Shown here: positions 58,537 to 64,000 of the stretch, piece after piece
Layout: each line of letters begins with the position of its first letter
Position numbering within the stretch: the first letter of the stretch is position 1
Sequence record: MH159197.1
Length of the DNA: 64,000 nt
Strand: one strand, 5' to 3'
DNA from: Staphylococcus phage VB_SavM_JYL01
Position numbers and translations under genes: made by a program
Notes under the pieces: generated by a model
What the model saw: only the letters and a program-made list of their open reading frames with translations
The model's database searches: none
What the model was told of the DNA's origin: nothing

Positions 58537-58620
58537 ATTATTTTATCAAAACGCTTTACAATCTTTTAGTTTGTATGATATAATGAACTTAACAAATTAA
58601 AAGAAAAGGAAATGATGAAC

Positions 58621-58842
58621 ATGAGAGACTTACAAGAGAGAAAAAGAGAATTAAAAACATTACTATTTAACTTAGCCATAGAGAAGAATAGAGCAACGGA
58701 TGAGCAGTTAAGAGAAGTATTAGAACAATCACATCAAGAAGTGATGTATCAATTAAATAAAGTTAGAAAAGAAATTGAAATTTTAGTTGAAGAAAAAGAA
58801 AGAGAATTTTGGAATGATTTCGATTTTAATGGATTAGATTAA
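58621..58842 (+). CDS. hypothetical coiled-coil protein
   Basis: Leader GGAAATGATGAACATG; terminator 58842-58870 follows. Confidence 0.5.
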   Translation: MRDLQERKRELKTLLFNLAIEKNRATDEQLREVLEQSHQEVMYQLNKVRKEIEILVEEKEREFWNDFDFNGLD

Positions 58843-58870
58843 GAGGGAATAAAATCCCTCTTTTATTTTT
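58842..58870 (+). terminator. intrinsic terminator ending the rightward small-gene block
   Basis: agaggga-ataaaa-tccctct + tttattttt. Confidence 0.65.
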
Positions 58871-59004
58871 ATCCTATTATATAATTTTTTTATATTATAC
58901 GGGGGCAGGGGTAAAATGCCACTCAATGGGGGTGGGTCTATATACCCCTACGGTCTACCCAGGTACTTATTTTTTGGGGAAAATTATGAAAATAAATATT
59001 TAAA

Positions 59005-59126
59005 AGTCAACACATAAAATATAGAAAGTAAGTCAACATCCCTTATAATAAGTCAACATTATAACCTTACTTGGTAAGTCAACAATTTATAGTACAAATA
59101 TAAAGCCTCTAAATATAAAGTCAACA
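59005..59126 (+). repeat. five direct copies of AGTCAACA (iteron-like) in the convergent intergenic region
   Basis: Copies at 59005, 59031, 59051, 59077, 59119. Confidence 0.8.
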
Positions 59127-59129
59127 TAT

Positions 59130-59160
59130 ATAAAATAAGAAGAGAGGTATATCCTCTCCT
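59130..59160 (-). terminator. minus-strand intrinsic terminator ending the leftward operon
   Basis: gagagg-tatat-cctctc hairpin; on the minus strand it is followed by tcttatttta. Confidence 0.55.
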
Positions 59161-59167
59161 CTCTTAA

Positions 59168-59458
59168 CTAGATAAGTACGATTCTATTATTTAGTTCCTG
59201 TTCTATTCTATTTAAATGCTCCCAAACCTCAATCCAGTTTACTCTTGAATCATCATAATAAAGGTGGAAATCTTGAGGGTTTTCTAAATATGCTTCTAGT
59301 TCATCATAGTATAGAACATCAAAAGCTGTGTCATCAAGACCTATTTGAATCTTTAGTATATCTCTATATCCTAATTGTTTATTACCGCAATAAGCTGTAT
59401 CTTCTAACCGCTTCTCTAGTTTATTAAATAGTGTTTGTATACCTTGTAGTTCATTCAT
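59168..59458 (-). CDS. hypothetical protein (first gene of the leftward-transcribed arm)
   Basis: ORF track; minus-strand terminator at 59130-59160 just past its stop. Confidence 0.55.
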   Translation of the reverse strand: MNELQGIQTLFNKLEKRLEDTAYCGNKQLGYRDILKIQIGLDDTAFDVLYYDELEAYLENPQDFHLYYDDSRVNWIEVWEHLNRIEQELNNRIVLI

Positions 59459-59547
59459 AATGTATGACCTCCTAATTGATTATATACTTAGTATAAAGGA
59501 TAGGTGTTAGAATGTCAACCTTTATATATAAAAAAAGAGAAAGAATA

Positions 59548-59796
59548 TTATTCTTCCTCTAAGGTATTACTAATAACTTCTAATTCATGAATAGTAATCA
59601 TATCCATTCTATCGAATCCTCTTGGGTCTCCTTTAATGAACTCTTGTTCTCCTCTATGGGTTATACTTTCTTTGTATCCTTCTTCTTTAATACGTTTAAT
59701 TAAGTTCTCCTTATTTGTGTATATCTCATCTTCCCTGAAATGGAAATTATCTTCATAAGGTTCACAATTATCGTGTTCTACTTGATATAGTTTCAT
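59548..59796 (-). CDS. hypothetical protein
   Basis: ORF track. Confidence 0.5.
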   Translation of the reverse strand: MKLYQVEHDNCEPYEDNFHFREDEIYTNKENLIKRIKEEGYKESITHRGEQEFIKGDPRGFDRMDMITIHELEVISNTLEEE

Positions 59797-59811
59797 ATTA
59801 GTTATCCTCCT

Positions 59812-60057
59812 TTACTCTCTATAATAATCATATATTTCTAAGTAAGGTGAGAATGGTGAGTCACCTCTAGTATTAATAATAACTTCTCCCTCTTTGTTAC
59901 TTAACTCTATAAGCTCTTCTAAGCTATTAATTTCTACACACCAACGTTCTATAGTAAATGGATTACCTTTTTGGTCTACACGTTCTAATTCCTTTATATA
60001 GGCACCTTCTATAGGCTTTTTATTAATTGTGCTTGTTCTATCTATAAAAAATTCCAT
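59812..60057 (-). CDS. hypothetical protein
   Basis: ORF track. Confidence 0.5.
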   Translation of the reverse strand: MEFFIDRTSTINKKPIEGAYIKELERVDQKGNPFTIERWCVEINSLEELIELSNKEGEVIINTRGDSPFSPYLEIYDYYRE

Positions 60058-60073
60058 TAGTTACCCTCCTTTT

Positions 60074-60262
60074 TTAAAATTTAATAACTACTTCTATCTT
60101 TACACTAGGTTCTTTTTGTTTTGCTAATTGTTTTGCAATTAAATCTTTATTTTTTAGTTCTTCTTGTATTTCATACATAGACTTCATGCTTAATCCTCCT
60201 TTATATTCTCTTCTAATATTTGTTTTAATGTTTGACAATCTTTTTGGTCTAGGGTGTCCCAA
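60074..60262 (-). CDS. hypothetical small protein (start uncertain)
   Basis: ORF track; overlaps 60190..60432 in another frame. Confidence 0.35.
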   Translation of the reverse strand: MGHPRPKRLSNIKTNIRREYKGGLSMKSMYEIQEELKNKDLIAKQLAKQKEPSVKIEVVIKF

Positions 60263-60432
60263 CTCTCTAGATTCTGTAATTGATAGTGGAGTTCATTTGC
60301 AATTTCATCGAAGGCTTTTGCTTTTTGATAGACTTCTTGTAACTCTTCTAATTCTTTTTCATTATCAATACACCAGTAGTTCTCGTTGTCAGTTATAATA
60401 TCTTGAATTTTATTTTTATATTCATAAGCCAT
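60190..60432 (-). CDS. hypothetical acidic protein
   Basis: ORF track. Confidence 0.5.
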   Translation of the reverse strand: MAYEYKNKIQDIITDNENYWCIDNEKELEELQEVYQKAKAFDEIANELHYQLQNLESWDTLDQKDCQTLKQILEENIKED

Positions 60433-60623
60433 TATTTATCCCTCCTATCTTCTATCCTTTGTTTTATCTCTTCTCTCTTGCGGTGGTGTTCTTTACTCAT
60501 TTCTTTACGTTCCTTATTTGTTAATCTTATTCTATAAATAAGGTAATTAATATATAATGTTCCGGCTGACCATAGTAGTAGAAATGATATTAGGTAAGTC
60601 CATGAGACACTTATTTCTATCAT
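60432..60623 (-). CDS. small membrane protein
   Basis: ORF track. Confidence 0.5.
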   Translation of the reverse strand: MIEISVSWTYLISFLLLWSAGTLYINYLIYRIRLTNKERKEMSKEHHRKREEIKQRIEDRRDK

Positions 60624-61105
60624 TGTGAGCCCTCCTTATATTCTTTATAACTTTTAATAACAATCTTACAGATACCTCTATTAACAGCTAAGAATAACAT
60701 AAATAATAATAAAGTTATAACTGCTCTAATGTCTCCTGTAAAAGGTAATAATTTAAATAGTAAAACACTTTCTAAAATACTTGTAGCTGTAATAATTGTA
60801 AGATATAAGATAGATAGTAAATAATCTTTTAATTTTAGTTTAACGAAAGGTTTTTTATTATCTTGTGTTCTTACTATACCATATAGAATTATAAACCATG
60901 CAACAGGTATGAGCTGAGTTATAAAGTCATTGTTTATGCCTAATGCATATAAACCATAAATGATACCCGCAGGAATACCAATAATGAATGCTAAGAATAC
61001 AGAGAATATAATTAGCATTATAGGAAGAGCTACAAGTAATCCTAATCCTTGTATTGAATACTCTAGTGTATTCTTTCCTAAGGCTTTAAAGAATGTTTTA
61101 TTCAT
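60620..61105 (-). CDS. multi-pass membrane protein (4-5 TM)
   Basis: ORF track. Confidence 0.55.
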   Translation of the reverse strand: MNKTFFKALGKNTLEYSIQGLGLLVALPIMLIIFSVFLAFIIGIPAGIIYGLYALGINNDFITQLIPVAWFIILYGIVRTQDNKKPFVKLKLKDYLLSILYLTIITATSILESVLLFKLLPFTGDIRAVITLLLFMLFLAVNRGICKIVIKSYKEYKEGSQ

Positions 61106-61352
61106 CTTCTACCTCCTTGTAATATACAGTATCTATATGAGTAATATTATCTTTAAACCATAGAGATGTATCCCCTTTGTTAGACTCTAAAGTTTTAGCA
61201 CCATTAAAAACAAGACCCTCAATAAAAGAATTTAAATTAGTTTTAGTATCTTTTTGTTGTACAATAATAGAAGACCCTGATACATCACAAATTCTTATAA
61301 AATTAATATCTTTTTTTATTTCTTTTTCTACTTTATTATTTTTAAATATCAT
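61098..61352 (-). CDS. hypothetical protein
   Basis: ORF track. Confidence 0.5.
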   Translation of the reverse strand: MIFKNNKVEKEIKKDINFIRICDVSGSSIIVQQKDTKTNLNSFIEGLVFNGAKTLESNKGDTSLWFKDNITHIDTVYYKEVEDE

Positions 61353-61810
61353 TATAATTCCCCCTCTATATAATCAACTGTTTTAATATACTCACTATTT
61401 TTTAGTACCTTTTTCACATTTTCACTAATAAATTTTTCTTGCTCTATTTCATCTATTTTTGTCTGTATTCTAAGATACAACACTTTGGGAACACATGAAG
61501 GGTTTTCTAGCTCTTCTTCTGTAACTGAGTCGGTAAAACTTGCCATATCATCATTAGCTAGAATAAGACAATCTGTTATTCTAGTCAATTCCTCTCCATC
61601 AGGTTTATAATATATAACTTCATAAATCTCTTCATTTTTAAATAACTCCTCACGAGGTATTCTTCTAGAGGTAAAGCTATAACCATTTTTAAAGGTGATA
61701 ATTGTATTTTGAGTTTCTCTTAAAAATACTCTTAAAGTATTTTCAAAAATATCCCATTTTTTCTTTTCTTCATCTGTTATAGTTATATTTTCCTTGCTTT
61801 TTTTAAACAT
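61352..61810 (-). CDS. hypothetical protein
   Basis: ORF track. Confidence 0.5.
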   Translation of the reverse strand: MFKKSKENITITDEEKKKWDIFENTLRVFLRETQNTIITFKNGYSFTSRRIPREELFKNEEIYEVIYYKPDGEELTRITDCLILANDDMASFTDSVTEEELENPSCVPKVLYLRIQTKIDEIEQEKFISENVKKVLKNSEYIKTVDYIEGEL

Positions 61811-61815
61811 CGTTA

Positions 61816-62247
61816 TTATTCCTCCTCTTCTTCTATAGAATTACTTTCCGTAATAGTTACTTCTAGCATACTATTGTAATACTCATTCTTTTGATTAATA
61901 TTATAGTTATCATTATATTCATTGAAGTCTACATAAATGTATTCATTTGTTCCATCTTCATAAATAATATCTATAGCTGTAATATCTGAATAAGCTGTAA
62001 TCATTTCATAAGCATTTGTATTATCGGGGTAAGAAAAACCAACTTGAGGTATTTCTTTAGGCTTATTAATGAGAATACCAAAGTAAGTACAATGACGTGT
62101 TCTATTTATGTGTGAAGTCCCTTTATACGTACCATAGTAATCTATTCCTCCTGTAACACCTTCTATATGGAACCTGTTTACATCTTTAGGTTCTAACCTT
62201 ACTACATCACAATTTTCTAATACTAAGTCTATATATTTTATATCCAT
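61816..62247 (-). CDS. hypothetical acidic protein
   Basis: ORF track. Confidence 0.5.
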   Translation of the reverse strand: MDIKYIDLVLENCDVVRLEPKDVNRFHIEGVTGGIDYYGTYKGTSHINRTRHCTYFGILINKPKEIPQVGFSYPDNTNAYEMITAYSDITAIDIIYEDGTNEYIYVDFNEYNDNYNINQKNEYYNSMLEVTITESNSIEEEEE

Positions 62248-62262
62248 TTTAACTCTCCTTTT

Positions 62263-62757
62263 TTATTTGTATTTGTTGTATACACAATGTACTCGAACGT
62301 CTTCCATTACTTTACCTAATAGATTCTGACCTTTCCAGTTACTCTCATCTAATATTTTAGGGTCACTTGCTTTAAGACCTACTCCCCATATTTTATCATA
62401 AGGTGATGCCTCTACGAAATCTTTACGTAAATCTGTATCGAGTATTTCCCGTTTTAAGTGTGTAGTCATAAATTTACCTTTAACCACTTCTACCATAATG
62501 TCATATCTTACCTTATTCCATTGCTCTTCATTAAAATTACGAACTTTACGACCTAGACTTTTAGCATGGTTCGGATTCTTAGCATTTAATATTTCTCCTG
62601 CTATTTGCCAGTCTTTAAAATATTGCGCTTTGCGCCACATAAAAGCTTGTTCTGAGTTATTAAATGTTCTCCCTTTATGTTTAAATGTTATTGGGTAAAA
62701 GTTAGAATAAATATCTTCCTTACCCCAAAACATAATGTATCTGCTTGTTTCTTTCAT
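62263..62757 (-). CDS. NADAR/YbiA (DUF1768) family protein, putative N-glycosidase acting on NAD/ADP-ribose-related substrates
   Basis: FWGKEDIYSNFYPITF...SEQAFMWRKAQYF...AKSLGRKV matches the conserved NADAR core pattern. Confidence 0.6.
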   Translation of the reverse strand: MKETSRYIMFWGKEDIYSNFYPITFKHKGRTFNNSEQAFMWRKAQYFKDWQIAGEILNAKNPNHAKSLGRKVRNFNEEQWNKVRYDIMVEVVKGKFMTTHLKREILDTDLRKDFVEASPYDKIWGVGLKASDPKILDESNWKGQNLLGKVMEDVRVHCVYNKYK

Positions 62758-62769
62758 AATATCTCTCCT

Positions 62770-63174
62770 TTAATTCCATAATGATGGTAACACAATTTTG
62801 AAATTATCTAATATTTTATTTTGTACTTGTTCAAGCTCATCATACTTATCCATATCAAAATCATCCATTTCTTCATGATAATATTGTATTAAGCTTAAAA
62901 TATGTTTTATCATATCTATTTGTGTTCTTTCTTCACCATCTACATCTACAAAAGTATTCCATTCCATATCTATACAAGAACGTTCACTACTTTCTATAAA
63001 GGCATTTAAATCGGCATATAATTGAACAAAAAAGGACATATCATAGTTCCAATACTTAGGTTCATTTCTTCCTAATTTTTTATTCATTTTTCTATACTTT
63101 TTATTTCTCTTTAACCCAAAAACTTCTTTTTCAAAATCATTTAATTTTAAACCTTTAAAATATTTTTTCTTCAT
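62770..63174 (-). CDS. hypothetical protein
   Basis: ORF track. Confidence 0.5.
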   Translation of the reverse strand: MKKKYFKGLKLNDFEKEVFGLKRNKKYRKMNKKLGRNEPKYWNYDMSFFVQLYADLNAFIESSERSCIDMEWNTFVDVDGEERTQIDMIKHILSLIQYYHEEMDDFDMDKYDELEQVQNKILDNFKIVLPSLWN

Positions 63175-63878
63175 ATATAATCCTCCAATTTAATAAGTGG
63201 TAAATCTATATCTCTAAATACAGAACCTACGTCACACAGCAGTATATCATTATGTTCTTCTACTTCACCACTACTAGTAGGTGTATGACCACACACATAT
63301 ATAAATCCATCTTTTCTAGGTTGGAAGTCTCTAGACCATATTAACTGGTCTACTGTTTGTTCTTCTATAGGCTTCCAACTAACTCCTCCTGAGTGAGAAA
63401 ATATATACTTACCTTCTTTATAATACTTTCTACAGTTGACCATAAGTATTTTAAACTTTCTATAATCTTCAGATTCTTTAAGTTTTTTTAGTTCACTTTT
63501 AATAAAATCATAATGATTTCTTAAATTATCTTCTACACTTTTATATTTTAAAGTTACAGTACTAACACCGTAAGAGTTAAGTGTTTCTATGCAATACCTT
63601 GATAACCATTCAATATCATAGATACTTAACCGGTCTACGTTTTCCATAATATTATAAAACTCATCATCGTGATTTCCTAGTAAAGCTACTACATTATCAT
63701 CATTTGATAGTAAATCAAACATGTAGTTAACAACGTCTTTTGACCTTTTACCTCTATCTACGTAATCTCCTAGAAATACAATAGTATCTTCAGGTCTTCT
63801 TTCTTCATTTATCTTACTCATTAATGTTAGTAGTTTATTATACTCTCCGTGAATATCAGGAACCACGTATATAGCCAT
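63171..63878 (-). CDS. Ser/Thr protein phosphatase-like metallophosphoesterase (lambda-PPase/PPP family)
   Basis: Motifs DIHGE, GDYVDRG, GNHD near the N-terminus. Confidence 0.75.
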   Translation of the reverse strand: MAIYVVPDIHGEYNKLLTLMSKINEERRPEDTIVFLGDYVDRGKRSKDVVNYMFDLLSNDDNVVALLGNHDDEFYNIMENVDRLSIYDIEWLSRYCIETLNSYGVSTVTLKYKSVEDNLRNHYDFIKSELKKLKESEDYRKFKILMVNCRKYYKEGKYIFSHSGGVSWKPIEEQTVDQLIWSRDFQPRKDGFIYVCGHTPTSSGEVEEHNDILLCDVGSVFRDIDLPLIKLEDYI

Positions 63879-64000
63879 TTAATCTCCTCCTTACTGTATA
63901 TAACTATCTTACCATACTTAGTAAAAAAAGTCAATAAAAAAACACCTATTTGAATTAATAGGTGTTTTAGTATTTACTTATATGTTATTTTAATAGGGAT

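Larger units (their letters stand above)
48624..59414. other. cluster of 28 GAAGCGG / CCGCTTC heptamers (reported S. aureus Chi sequence), 16 on the + strand and 12 on the - strand
   Basis: + strand copies at 48624, 48930, 49223, 49800, 50126, 50785, 51447, 52683, 53734, 54717, 55941, 56544, 56755, 57299, 57869, 58394; complement copies at 48897, 49184, 49845, 50260, 51034, 52571, 53754, 54728, 56228, 57882, 58424, 59408. I saw none in 1-48600 or 59500-64000. Confidence 0.8.

Noticed and set aside
58905-58975. GC-rich island as a tRNA gene
   Set aside because: No T-loop (GTTCRANNC) and no cloverleaf-compatible acceptor stem pairing visible. No tRNA-like sequence was seen anywhere in the window.
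59005-59126. AGTCAACA repeats read as an array of minus-strand TTGACT -35 boxes
   Set aside because: The corresponding -10-like hexamers would sit only about 7 nt away, so the array does not form functional promoters. Better treated as iteron-like protein-binding repeats.
59245-62698. Plus-strand ORFs inside the minus-strand left-arm genes (59245..59427, 60186..60398, 60960..61163, 61177..61386, 62498..62698)
   Set aside because: Same reasoning: antisense to a continuous minus-strand operon.
1-64000. Integrase, repressor or attachment site (temperate life-style markers)
   Set aside because: None found; content is that of a strictly virulent Twort-like phage.

Overview
The window is AT-rich (roughly 30% GC), tightly packed phage DNA with no host genes. 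Its gene content and order match the right arm, terminal-repeat region and start of the left arm of a Staphylococcus Kayvirus (phage K / Twort-like). From 1 to about 27 kb it carries, all on the + strand: Mre11/SbcD nuclease, SbcC/Rad50 ATPase with a CxxC zinc hook, zinc-finger/TOPRIM primase, an Hjc-like resolvase, class Ib ribonucleotide reductase (nrdI-nrdE-nrdF) plus an NrdH-like redoxin, an HU/IHF-like protein, an uninterrupted family A DNA polymerase, a RecA/UvsX-like recombinase, a sigma-like factor, Big_2 Ig-like proteins and a metallophosphoesterase. From 27 to 48 kb there is a long run of small + strand genes, many encoding membrane micro-proteins, plus a free-standing HNH endonuclease, a second metallophosphoesterase and an adjacent Prs-like/NAMPT-like pair. 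That pair is the pair class implicated in phage NAD+ reconstitution (NARP1). From about 48.4 to 59.15 kb lies a host-takeover-like region (probably the collapsed long terminal repeat). It has strong sigma70-type promoters, many small genes, two tandem paralog arrays, repeated expression cassettes and unusual non-coding islands. From 59.17 kb to the end, minus-strand genes begin, including a NADAR/YbiA-like protein and a Ser/Thr phosphatase-like metallophosphoesterase. The most striking signal is 28 copies of GAAGCGG/CCGCTTC, the 7-mer reported as the S. aureus AddAB Chi site, confined to 48.6-59.4 kb in both orientations and in several reading frames. By eye I found none in the other ~53 kb. 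Other observations: recurrent terminator hairpins whose loop or stem carries the -35 box of the next promoter; iteron-like direct repeats and a G-rich island at the putative repeat boundaries; a conserved GGAnTTGAT(N4)ATG leader box; and a candidate ~100-nt small RNA. All coordinates were counted by hand and may be off by a few bases.
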